DNA from: Oopsacas minuta
Lineage: Eukaryota; Animalia; Porifera
Assembly (NCBI GenBank): GCA_024704765.1
Contig: JAKMXF010000363.1
Span: 40,706-104,705 of the forward strand
DNA: 64,000 nucleotides
Direction: 5' to 3'
A model generated the notes under the pieces. It was not told the origin of the DNA. It was given only the letters and a program-made list of their open reading frames with translations, and did not search any database. The translations under genes and the position numbers were made by a program. Each line of letters begins with the position of its first letter. Position 1 is the stretch's first letter. Positions 52,469-64,000 of this stretch are shown here, one piece after another.

Positions 52469-55400
52469 CACAGGTCAACAAAAATATTTCTATCTCTTGG
52501 CTCAGATTGTTAGAGCGTTTTTAGGGTATATCGGGGTTGCTGTATCCGAAAATACTATTAGTTTTACTGAATTGGCTCTGGTTTTATGGATATTACGCAA
52601 CCTTAAATTTTAAGGTATTACTACAAATATTTCGGTTTGAATATTTAAATCAACATTTACAACTATTTGTTTACAACATAGAACTTTTTATGGATTCAAA
52701 GCGCATTAGACGTTGTTGCCTCAATGATCCTGATGTCTTTTGCTATATTTGTCGTGAAGATATAGCAAAGAAGCATCGTTTCAATGTTAGAGATGTCAAC
52801 AAAGAAGCATATCAGGCCTACTATGGTATTAAGTTAGGCGATAAGGATAAGTCATTGAGCCCTCACAAAGTGTGTAAATATGGCACAGAAACCCTCAGCC
52901 TATCGACCCAAGGAACACCTAAATCCATGAAGTTTGGGTTACCAATGGTTTGGCGAGAGCCCTGATTGTTACTTCTGCATGGTTAACATGTCTGGATGGA
53001 ACCGAGAGAAAAAGAATTCGTGGCAATATCCTGACATACATTCTGCAAGACACCGAATTCCACACTGCAGCGAAATTCCTGTGCTTGTTTTTACGTCCTT
53101 ACCTGATACTGCATTTACTGAGGCAATTGATGAATTGTCGGACAGCACTTACAGCAGCAGCAGCTGTAATGAGTCGTTACAGATAAGTAAAGCGGAGCCT
53201 TTCACACAGGGGCAGCTCAACGATTAGTGAGAGACTTAGGATTGTCAGAAGATGCTTCATAGATCCTGGCTTCCTGTCTCAGTGAACACCATGTTCTCTA
53301 CAGTGAAGCTAGGATATCTTATTACCGAAGCAGAGACGAAGAAATTTTTTGCTATTTTAGTGAAGAAGGCGGTTTCGTGTTTTGTAATAACATCCCAGGC
53401 TTCTCTCAGCAATGGGACAGTCCCAATACAATCCGAATGAGTGGCGTTTATTTATCGACAGCTCTAAACAGAGGCCAAAATGTGTGTTGCTGCATAATGG
53501 TAACAAATTTGCCTGTGTTCCGATCGGCCATTCAGTAATCTTGAAAGAGCACTATGCAACTGTAAAGATGATCCTACAAAAGCTGTGTTATGATAAACAT
53601 AACTGGATCGCGTGTGTGGACCTGAAAATGGTCAATATTCTACTAGGACAGCAAAGTGGTTACACTAAGTAGTAAGTACCCATACTTTCTTTGTTTGTGG
53701 GACAGCAGGGCGGATTAGGTGCACTGTGAAAAGAAGAACTGGTCAGTTCTAAAAAGGCTTGCAGTGGGGGAAAATAATATCAGTAACGAGCCACTACTTA
53801 GCAGTGACCGTATCATCCTACCCCACCTACATATCAAGTTGGGACTGATGAAACAATTCGTAAAGGCATTGAACAAAGATGGTACCTGTTTCAACTACCT
53901 CTGCTCAGTTTATCGTGGCGTGAGTAGCAAAACTTAAGGCAAGAATTTTTGATGGGCCCCAACCAGAAAACTGATAAAAGATGAAGATTTCGCCCTACAC
54001 ATGACTGGAGTTGAGGCTGCCGCGTGGTATTCCTTTGTCGATGTTGTAAAGGGATTTTTAGGCAACACAAAAGTGGCTAATTATCAGAATCTGTTCGAAG
54101 GCATGCTCAAGAACTTCCACAGTCTGGGAACCAGAATTAGCATAAAACTTCACTACCTCTATAGCCATTTAGAGAGATTTCCTGAAAATCTTGATGATTT
54201 AAGCGAAGAACAGGGCGAGCGATTGCACCAAGACATCAGGACTATGGAGGAATGGTACCAAGGACGATGGGACGCTCACATGTTGGCAGATTACTGCTGG
54301 AGCCCTATGCGTGATTGCCCCCAAGGACCTCACAAGATGAATTCGTATAAGGGAACATTCGTTCATGATTGATAAGTATTCAGATCATATTATATCCCAA
54401 ATTATCTGCTTATTACGTACGTTCAATTCTAGTTATAAGGTAATACATACATACTATATGGTATCAGTGAACACAGATTCACGGATGCTGAAAAACATAA
54501 TTTCACAATATCACGAAAAGTAGAGCCAATTGACCAGAACTAGTGGCATTTACGAACTCGGTGACCCCGATGTACCCTAGAAATAGTCTCAACTTATCAG
54601 GGAGTTAAATAAGTCTTGCGGGTCATGATATATCTTAGGAATTAGTCAAGTAATATATCTAACTTTCATATATTATAAGCCCATATAGTTAAACTCCATA
54701 TACTGAAAGTTTCAAGCTTATTCAATACAAATTAAGAATTTTTGAGATAGTTACTTGTAGTCAATTTATACCCACTGTTGAATTTATGGCTTCAAAGGAT
54801 GATAATTTCAACCTCAAATAGCGAGCTTACATAGAGTTTCGCACAATACTCAAGATCCAGCCCGTACAGATCTTTAGCGAGTTACAGGAGATATTGCGCG
54901 TGAATTGCCCTTGCAGATCTACTGTAGAGCGATGGGTTGCCCGTTTTAGATCTGGTGATGCTGATGTCACAGATTTGCCTCGATCTGGAAGACCGGTATC
55001 CGCCACCACTTCAGAGAATATTGCACTCATTGAAAGCATGGTCATAGAAGACAAGTCATTACTGCCAATCAGTTAGAACAAAGTATGGAGATTTCATCGG
55101 GAGCTATTTATACAATTCTGACGACTGAACTTGGCTACCAATCGATTTGTGGGAAATGGGTCCCGCATAAGCTCAGTGAGAATCAAACGTTGGCATAACT
55201 GAATATTGCCGGAAACTCTTGGAAACTTATGAAAACTGCGATTCTAGACGACTAACAGAGATTATTACTGGTGACGAGACGTGGCTATACTATTCAACAC
55301 CATATAGCAAGTATAAGAAGCGATCATGGGTGAGGGACGACGAACAACCGACGAAAATTCCTAGGCTCGACTTCAGAAAACCTAAGATCAAGTATACCGT

Positions 55401-55957
55401 CTTCTTCAGTAGTCATGGAATTGTTTTGCAATAACCTTGTGAGAGTGACAAGGCTGCTACTGCTACTTTCTTTACAGATCAAGTGCTTCCAAATTTGATA
55501 AAAAATATAGAAAAGTACCGCCCGAAAACCGGAACTCGAGGAATGAAGATATTAATTGATGACGCCAGTTCCCATGCAGCTAAGCTTACCAAAAGTTTCT
55601 TGGATGTAGAAGGGTTAGAATTACTTCCCCATCCACCATACTCACCAGACTTAGCTCAGTGTGATTTTGGGCTATTCCCTAAGCTTAAAATCTACCCTCA
55701 AGGCAAAGATTTTAGCACATTACAAGCACTCGGAACGGGCCGTACCAGTACTTCAATCCATCCCCGAAGAAGAGTACAGAAATGTGTTTTACAAGTCGGT
55801 GGAAAGGTTAGAATTTTGTGTATCTGCAGGAGGCGATTACTTTGAATGAATAATATAGTGAATTAGTGTGTATAGTGTTTGTATCACATTCTATGATATC
55901 ACCCGCAAGACTTATTGAACGCCCTAGTAGCAGCCAAGAAAATGTTGTTGGACAGTG
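52469..55957 (+). mobile_element. Chapaev3-like transposon, both ends present, broken transposase 52690-54372
   Basis: CAC..GTG termini, 3-bp TSD TTA (52466-68 / 55958-60), subterminal inverted repeats (tagggtatatcgggg / ccccgatgtacccta). C-terminal SEEQGERLHQDI..MEEWYQGRW. Confidence 0.85.
54597..55927 (+). mobile_element. mariner (DD34D) inserted in the Chapaev3 right TIR, broken transposase 54786-55849
   Basis: TIRs tcagggagttaaataagtcttgcgggt / acccgcaagacttattgaacgccctag, TA TSD. GKWVPHKL, ITGDETW; D-34-D counted in IDDASSH...YSPDLAQCD. Confidence 0.94.
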
Positions 55958-57199
55958 TTATTGTATTAGTATATATAATCCTATAGCATACAAATCGCGT
56001 TTCTTGTACTATCATTAAATTATGCAATAATCCCAGGATCAGGAAATTAACGCCAAAGCTTACGAAATACTTAATTATTACTACCTATAATGCAAATTTT
56101 CGATAAGCATAAACAAAACAAGGTAAAGTATCTAACTTAATAAGTTTGAAACTGTGTGTTCGTGAACACACAGTAAACATTATGTGTTCGCGAATACACA
56201 AATTTTTCAAATACACTGCAACATAACCACTCTTCTGCTGTATAGCAGCCTTGAGGCATCTGGGAACGGTCTCAACTGAAATATGTAACGTTTCCAGCGG
56301 AATGTTGGCCCATTCATGCAACAAAATTACTTCAAAAAGTCCAAATTACGATGAAGTTTAGAGTACGCATTTTTCTCAAAAATTGACAAATAGAAAAGCC
56401 CATCGGGTCCAGACTGGACTTGAGGGGGTAGGCCATTCTTCCTTAGACAAAATCCGGGGATATCATCAGAAAGTCACTCCTAAGTGTTTCTAGTTGTGTG
56501 TATAGGAGCACCATCCTGTTAGAAGAAACGCGCCATTATTGAACATAGTTTCTTCGAGTTATATGTTTTACATGAAATAAAATAATCTATTTGTAAATGT
56601 CTATTTTGATATTGACCCCAAGGGGGACGAAAACTAAAGGTCTCCGGCCCTCAAAAGAAATCCTTGCCTAAATCATTATAGGTCTTATTTTCTGGACTCA
56701 CTTTACCAATCGATGGTCCTCAGGGAATAAGATACCGTCGTAATAAAATTCAGTCCTTTGTTTGTTAAAGCCTCCTCTACGGTGAACCATTTCTCATCTG
56801 AGAACCAACTTTATCGAGGCTCACAGTAGCGTATCGATTCAAGAAGCCTCTGCTACTTGCGAGTCTCTTCTACTGAATTGATTGAGAAAGGAAGTTGACT
56901 GGCTTTCTCGTGAAAGAAAACATGCCTAAATCCTTTTTCACAATAGTTCGAAGAGATTCAAGGAGAGATTTCAGTTCTGAGGTCAACTTCCTCATAGACA
57001 GTCGGAGATTTCGCCATAATCGACTCCACACCGAGCATTTCATCCATTTTAAAGTTGAAGACACTGGACGACCAAATAAGGCTTGTCATTCGCACTATCT
57101 GTCTCACAATATCGCTTGATAGTGCGATAAACGAACTTCCTATACTTCTGAGAGATTCTTAATGCCATTATGATTTCACTTGGACTCTTTGCTCATAAA

Positions 57200-57581
57200 C
57201 AGGGCGGGAACCAGTAATGGTGTTAACAGTGCTGTTAACAACAAATGTAAAATTGCTGCTGTCAACAGCTATCGGTAAATACAACTTATTTATACCTGTT
57301 CTTCTATCTATCTATCATCAAAATTTGTATATCTGAGAGAATTTCTCAAAAAGTAGTTATCTTATCAGCAAAGCATCATTTTGCTATAACTTTGACTAGG
57401 TGACTCCTGTGTTATTATTGCCGCCATATTGCATTCTGAATTTTCAAGGAACAAGACAGCTATAACCAAAGCTGGAATATCGAAATTTGGCAAAGATATA
57501 TATGGGTATCGTGGTTGCAAAAGCTTGGCGGTTAACAGCTAACAACAAAACTTGCTGTTAACAGCAATTTCACCACCCTTG
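57200..57581. mobile_element. hAT-type MITE inserted at the maT start codon
   Basis: cagggcggg / ccacccttg termini, 8-bp TSD ctcataaa / gtcataaa, repeated gttaacag subterminal motifs. Confidence 0.65.
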
Positions 57582-58399
57582 GTCATAAAAAATAATATTA
57601 TTGTTGTCCGCTCCTTCTCTATTACAAGAATGATGCCAAATTCTAGGTCAGGATCCCTATCTAATAATAAGATTGTCTTATACGGTGCTTAGTAATAAGT
57701 GAAAAAAAAATAGCATTAGGGATCGTGGGTGTGTTGAAACAATCTTGATAGGTTCAAATGGGACAAAGCTATTACTCATCCTGTAAATCTGTATAAAGCT
57801 ATTAGTCACTATCAGGTAAATTGCACTCTATCAATGCACATTAGGAACATGCCTACCACATTGATATTAGAGAATATATTCTTCAATCTCTAGTATCTAC
57901 TAAAAATTGTTACTCTCCATTTTTCAAAGTGCTTTATGGCTCAATTGATAATAAAGTCAACCAATACCCTTTGTAAGCACGGAGTATGCTCTGCCAAAAC
58001 TGTTGCTCAAAGGTAGTGGAGCATAGTGTATCTTTAACGCCTCATTAGTTGAACTGTTTAAAACAAATTTAAAGAATCTGTTGTCGCTCAAACATGCCAC
58101 TTCAGAATATATTATGTGTAACTCGTGCAATATGGGTGGAGAAATCCAGTAACAATAATTTTCACGGGAAGAGACCCAATTCTTTCAATGGAATACTCCA
58201 GTTAAAATGCTCGGTTAAATTCCTGCAGTCTTAAATCGCTGCGTGTTATATGTACAGAAGCTTACAGATTTGGTCCAAAAAGCGAGCACACCCTTAATCA
58301 AACATAATTCAGTTGGTAGACCGCTAGAGAACTCCCACAACAAGCAAATGAGGTAATGGAGACGAGTGTCTTGCATCCAACAGAAATGAAAATATTAGG

Positions 58400-58610
58400 G
58401 TTCATCTCGGGAAGAAAAATTAAATATCTGTTTTAGATGACACTGAAAGCTTCTCAGAATGTGGTAAGAGGAGTTTGGGGATAGATTTGCCTCCTCTAAA
58501 AGGTGGATGTCCACTTAATATACAGAATAACCTCTAAAAGTAGGATAGGTGTGGCCGGAGAGTTACCATATACTCCCACATTCCCCACTGGTAATTGTAG
58601 TAGTAATTGA
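58400..58610 (-). pseudogene. possible degenerate Ser/Thr kinase fragment (copy 2)
   Basis: VILYI-LSGHPPFRG and upstream MWSIG-like remnants; homolog of 16810-17030. Confidence 0.3.
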
Positions 58611-59003
58611 GCGTAACTTGGATGGATAACCCTGGAAATCCGAACACATTCGCAAATATAGTGTAACAATCGTTGTAAATGAAAGTTTGGCAGTTATTGT
58701 CCATGTATGAATTGTTACCATGAATTAATCGTCAACCCAAAATGTAATAATAGCTAAGATACGTCTAAAACTTGTGGTCTCGACTAATTTCGTTATATAT
58801 TATCCAATTTCTTGTAAATTAAGCATAAATATTGAGATTTCATGCATTTAACCACAAAAATCCCACTTATAGAGGTGAATTTCAATGAGATAAAGTATTG
58901 GTAGTTTTAAACTGCCCCCTATTCCCCACTTACAGAGGTAGATTTGTATGTGAAATTGCCAACACACTCTCTAATACCGACGTGACAATTCCTTAACACC
59001 CTA

Positions 59004-60301
59004 CAGGGCTAGGCATAAGTTCTGCAACTCAGTCATCGTTGTATATTCAATTCAATGGCATTGCAAACTTATCAAATAATTGTGATTCAAGGTTTTCACA
59101 TAGTTTTGTATATATCCTATACTAGCCCTTCAAAAATATCGCCCTTTGCCTGAATGTATGAGCTCAGACGTTTATAGAAACAATCTGAGGAGGCAAACAG
59201 CACTTCCTGTGGTATTAGATGCCATTCCCGAACTAATTGTGCTCTGAGAGCCTCCAGACCTTTGTGGGGTTTAGCGCAAGCTTTGCTCTCCAGAATTGAC
59301 CCAATACTAAAGTTCATCGGATTTAGATCAGGAGATGAAGCTGGCCATCCATAGGGGAAATTATCTCTGGTAATGGTCCTTTAACCAGGTTTGGGTTGCT
59401 TTGGACTTATGAGCAGGACTTGAGTCCTGTTGAAAGATCCAATGCCTTCCTTGAAAATGCCTGGTAGCCCAAGGTTCTACTTCGCCTTCTAATATGTCTT
59501 GAATATACTTTTCAGTGTTGATTTTGACACCTTGATCAATGAACACGAGGGGGTCCGACCAGTAGCTGTGATCTCGCCCCAGACCATCACAGAAGCAGGT
59601 TTTTGGGTTCATTTAACTATCCTTGCAACTGGAGATATCCCTTTTGAAGTGGAGCAGAGAACTCTATCATTTTGCCTGTTGAAACTGCATTCAACGGTGG
59701 ATAACCTTTCATCTGTGAAAAGAATATCAAGGTGTCTGCCATCTCTGAACCGCTCTCGAAGTTTCTTACATTTCTCTATCCTCCTCTTCTTGTTGACATC
59801 AGATAATAGCTGTGCCTTTCTAAATTGGTATGATTTAAGTCCTAAATCGTCATGAACTAACCTTCCCATCATTCGCGTAGAGCAATTGCATTCGTTAGCC
59901 ATTTTCTGGACGCTTCTCTTGGGGTTGTATCTGACCTTCTCCCTGACCGGTTTTTTCAACAATGGTGTGCGTATGGATCGAGGTCGACCTGATCTAGGTC
60001 TGTCAGACGTCTCACCTGTTTCGTTGAAATGTTGGATCGTCCTATACACAGTCCATTTGGTAACTGAGAGCGCTTTCGTTATCTCTTTGACTGTCTTCCC
60101 CTGTGTATATAATTCCAAAATTGCAGGGCGTTTGGATTTTTGGCCCTCCATAAAAGAATTCGATGTTTAGAAAAGATTTGGAATGAAAAACTTGAGTATG
60201 TAGCTCTAAGTGTATTCTACAACCCATAGAAAAAATGCATGATAGAAAATACTAGGGATATTTACTTTGAGAAGTTTGGGCAGAACTTATGCCTAACCCT
60301 G
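59004..60301 (-). mobile_element. maT-type transposon, full length (copy 2), broken
   Basis: Same TIRs and TA flanks as 17417-18712; shares the VK*TQK stop. Confidence 0.95.
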
Positions 60302-60820
60302 TATATCACAAGGTAAAACTTATTCTCATCGCTATGCTTTGTTTGAGAAGTAATATAGAGTCAAAAAGTGTCATGTGGAAATGATAGATAGATAAACTAG
60401 GATAATCTTTGTAGAAAGTCGTTAATATCTAGCCAACAAAGAACTGAGATTTGGCAATCAAAATAGTGTCATACCATATTTGGTCAATAAATTATATGGG
60501 GAAATAGAAACTGACTATATCTTACAAATTCGTCAAAGGATCAATTTTGATTTTGTGATATATCGATGCAACAAGACATTTAGCATATGAAAAAGTCAAG
60601 TAGATAAATGGACGATACAATTATAATCCCATTGTTCATTAAAGCACGCTGTGATTAAACATCATATAACTCTATTGGATGACAAGCATAAACATAAAAT
60701 CTATCATAGTGTGTAATTTAAGGATGAAGAAGTTCAGTTTTGGAAAAAAAGCCATTTTACCATTTTCGGTTGAGGAAAATCAGTATATTCAGTGCATTTC
60801 TTACTAAAAGGCAAACACTG

Positions 60821-61580
60821 CACAGTGGCTTCACCATAGGCTTTAGAGTGAATTTTTCATCATCCCATAAGCTTTCAAAATGTTACCATTAAATTCACCA
60901 TAGTCTGAAACCTGGGAATCATAATTTTCTTTAAATAATTCCTATTACTTTGTATTCAAATGTCATGCTTAGTGGATGGCTATAATTGAAATCATTATTC
61001 ATCTCTATTATATGTTTACACATAGGCATATAATTCTCTCTATCCAAAAATACTCATTAGAATGACAGCTCAAAGTTTCAACCTATTATTAGTTCAGAGT
61101 ATAATCTTCTCAATTATGATAAGAGCTAAGTATTTCACTTTGAATATTTTCTCCATGGTTCAGTTAATTTTGACGTCACATAATGTGTCCGGACACATTA
61201 TACCTTGGTTTAATCACCCCTCAAACTCATTGTGGCCAGGGAATATCAAGTTTTAGGGTGATTTGTCATGATATTATCTGTAATTTAGAACTAAATCCAA
61301 CATCCCGCAACTTCCCGCAAATGAACATCAAGCATTTTTAATAGAGTGACCCGTTAATTTATGAATTTCAGAATTTAAGCAATTCATATTATACTACTTT
61401 TGTTTACTAAATTTCCAGCAACTATTTAAATTCTAAATGAATAACCAGGAAACACTTGATTTTCTTCTCTCTCAACCATCAATCAAAACGGCAGTCGATT
61501 CCTTCATCCAGATATTTGGTCTTTCAGATGACGAATTCTCATCAATTCAGAGGAGATTCAACGAATTGAAGTCTGATTAA
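60821..61580 (+). mobile_element. probable 5' end of a second Transib-like element with a 47-aa truncated N-terminal ORF (61437-61580)
   Basis: Terminus cacagtggctt is identical to that at 30942. ORF MNNQETLDFLLSQPSIKTAVDSFIQIFGLSDDEFSSIQRRFNELKSD ends exactly at a TTAA|CCC junction. Confidence 0.45.
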
Positions 61581-61869
61581 CCCATAAGCAAATAATGGAT
61601 TGTATACCCCTAACCACAACCTAAATAGATTTACTCTAGTTTATATGTTTCGCAAATTGTGATAACGTCATCATAACTCAAAAAATAAAAGCCATACCAA
61701 AAATATTTTGCTGCCAATCACTTAGTTATATGCAATAACCCATTGATATATAATACATTTTATGCATTTTAAGTGTACCCAAGACCCTAAAGCCTACGGA
61801 TAGCCATTTAAAGCACATTATTCACTGGAAATATTTATATAAATTAAGTGTAAAGAAAAACATATCAGC

Positions 61870-62356
61870 TTACGTCGATGAACTCGAAAGGGGTTGAATG
61901 GCGGGGAAGGTGATGTGCTTGAATTGGTACTCTGACTGAGCAGTATCGATGTAGACGGGGGATTCGGAATAGGCGGGAGTGATGTTGGGGTCGTCCGAGG
62001 TGGACAAAGACTGTAATTCTGAGATGTAGTGGGTGTTGTGATGGAAGCTGGTGGAAGGTAATGCTCTGTGCGGGAAGTTGAGCAAGTGGGAGCTCGACGC
62101 GGCACAGGTGGGGGCAGAAGATAAGGAAGTGTCTGAGTGGCGAGATCGGTGCGGTCTGTATATATTGAATGGGTCGGGTTTGCGAATTTTCTGATACCTA
62201 AATACATACCACGATCATTAGAAGCATTAAAACATACAAAACAAGTAACCTATGACGAATAAAGTATGATGAGAAATATACGATATGATACCTTAGATAT
62301 GCAAAGAGCGAATAATATTCCTAAAATTGCACATATTGAGCCAATGATCAGAATTA
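61870..62356 (-). CDS. 3' exons of a probable host single-pass membrane protein (TM exon and Ser/Pro/Tyr-rich tail)
   Basis: AG/GT-bounded 65-nt exon 62292-62356 encodes ILIIGSICAILGILFALCISK. Downstream GC-richer frame KIRKPDPFNIY...PAYSESPVYIDT...SST* ends at 61870. Splicing is inferred. Confidence 0.45.
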
Positions 62357-63330
62357 CTACATAAAGTATATTATGACTACATACATAAAAATATGTTAAT
62401 AGGCTAAAGCTTTTCGGAAATAAAGAGATTCAGTGAAACACATACAAATGTTGAGGTAAATAAGCAAATCTGTCATCTAAATGCAAGAACAAGGTGACAA
62501 TAATACAGATAATCGTAACCAAGCTAATGAAGATCGAATATATTAACAAAGAGGATATATAGGTCTATGATCAACAAACAACTCAACAAAAATACCCCAA
62601 TTGGCATACCCAATATTCAAAATATTGGAAGTCATAAATATTAATCTGATGAGCTTTCGATTCATAATGTGCAAGAAATTTGTGTATGCTTGTCTAGATA
62701 AGTAAATAACATTTATTTAGCTATATAAATAAATACAATCAAGATTTCACAAATAAGCGAACATTAATCAAATGAACGTACTAGGATCAGTCAAAAGCGA
62801 TCAGATAAGAAAATCAGGGCAATTGAGGTAATGAATAACTAGTGAATTGGGACTAAGAAGCATGTCGATATTATATAACGTACAAATATGACTGAGGACT
62901 TCGACAGTATGTAGGTCATGGACAAAATGAGATCATCAATTTTGTCCAAGCTCCTAGACAAAATTGAGAGCTGGACAAGAAAGAATAACTGTTATTAATT
63001 TCAATATACATTTCACTGTGAGTTACAAATAATGGATACTGTATAGTAGTTCAATTACTACATGAGTATCAAGTGCATTTAATACCATATTCTAGAGCAA
63101 AAATATTCGTTGGCCTATTTCCTGTAAGTACATTCAGAAAAAGGTCCATAAACTATTGATCCAATAAGATACAAAATTCTTATAACAAGTGATATGACTA
63201 GGGATTAATGCTTCGACTAAAAATATGACAATTGTATAACATTTCAATGTATTAGATGTTATCGAAATGTGAAAAGTTTAAATTTCACTCGAGATGAATA
63301 TATTGGTCATATAGTCTTCGTATCTATCTA

Positions 63331-64000
63331 CAGGGTGTATCAAAAGTGCTGTCGTACAATTAACATTTATCTGATGTTCACAATATTCGAAACCCATTCC
63401 TCACTCTAATCATTTCGTTATCATTCCGATAGTTGAATATGTTTTGTATATTTATCTGTACAAATCATTATATATTCTCACATTTTGATATTTTTTTCCA
63501 AGTTTTACATTTTTGTGCATCTTTCGCATAATGGATGTCAACGACCATGGTATTGAACTTGGAAATAAAGCCATTCAGATTCTAAAGGCTAGTTTGACTC
63601 TTAAAAAAGTGTCAGAAGCTCAAGATATTTCAATTAGATCAGTCTAAAGTTGGTCCCGGCGGGAAAACTTGGACAATCCTTGGGTACTTTACCCAGGTGC
63701 GGACGCCCAAAGATCCTTTCTCGCATTCCAAAAATCATCATATCCAAGACTTTGTGCAAGAGAGGAAAATCTACACGATCAATAGCACGTACATTGGTCA
63801 ATTCTGGTTTTCCGCTTCACATTCAACAGTCCATCGCGATTTGAGGCATTCCATCAGTGTTTATCGTTACAAAAGGCCGCGAATCCCTCGTCCACCAATA
63901 AAATGATGCAAGATCGACTACTCTTCGCCCTCAAACACAAGAATTGGACTGTAAACAGATTGGGAGAAGGTTTCATGGCCCGATGAAACACTTTTTCAAC
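63331..64000 (+). mobile_element. TRT-like Tc1 element, 5' part, runs off the window
   Basis: ta|cagggtgtatcaaaagtgctgtcgt TIR related to the other TRT copies. ATG at 63531; HTH with stops, YKRPRIP. Confidence 0.85.

Larger units (their letters stand above)
50450..56223 (-). mobile_element. Ginger2/KRBA2-like element, both ends present
   Basis: TGT..ACA termini (tgttgcagtg / cactgcaaca), ~80-bp TIRs, 4-bp TSD TAAC (50446-49 / 56224-27). Integrase relic ~51016-52430. Confidence 0.9.
50292..57196 (-). mobile_element. maT-type Tc1/mariner host element (coding 57196-56228, 3' end 50449-50292), split by Ginger2
   Basis: MSKESK.. start; WFSDEKWFTVE, FLTGWCS(Y)T, WPTPSSPVWT fragments. Removing Ginger2 and one TAAC restores ...QQKSGYI*. 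5' TIR not found. Confidence 0.72.
48833..60760 (+). repeat. Duplicated block A (copy 2, complete)
   Basis: See 11638-19171. Confidence 0.97.

Overview
AT-rich eukaryotic (animal-like) nuclear DNA made almost entirely of decayed and nested cut-and-paste DNA transposons; I found no prokaryotic features, rRNA, tRNA or CRISPR. I can delimit elements of Tc1/mariner (DD37D maT, DD37E TRT, DD34D mariner), hAT (several subtypes), MULE, Ginger2-type integrase, Chapaev3-like and Transib/RAG1-like families, plus several MITE/foldback elements, many with TIRs and target-site duplications (TSDs). Two blocks occur twice at a few percent divergence: A 11638-19171 = 48833-60760 and B 21709-28260 = 34484-42396. 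The first copy of each starts and ends within 8 bp of a single N, so these may be mis-scaffolded allelic haplotigs rather than true duplications; they expose one empty/filled mariner site and two multi-kb indels. Highlights: (i) a four-level TE nest (maT > Ginger2 > Chapaev3 > mariner) whose three inserted elements all retain both TSD copies; (ii) a ~900-aa hAT transposase broken only by three 1-nt deletions and flanked by palindromic arrays; (iii) a RAG1-like Transib relic and a second terminus, both starting with the RSS-heptamer sequence CACAGTG; (iv) an unassigned foldback family with ~370-bp TIRs. Host-gene signal is weak: a probable single-pass membrane protein 3' end (61.9-62.4 kb, minus) and a degenerate kinase fragment. 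The proteins and tiny introns remind me of a sponge genome such as Oopsacas, but that is unverified recollection. I did not find a clearly new multi-gene biological system. All alignments and translations were done by eye, so coordinates may be off by a few bases.
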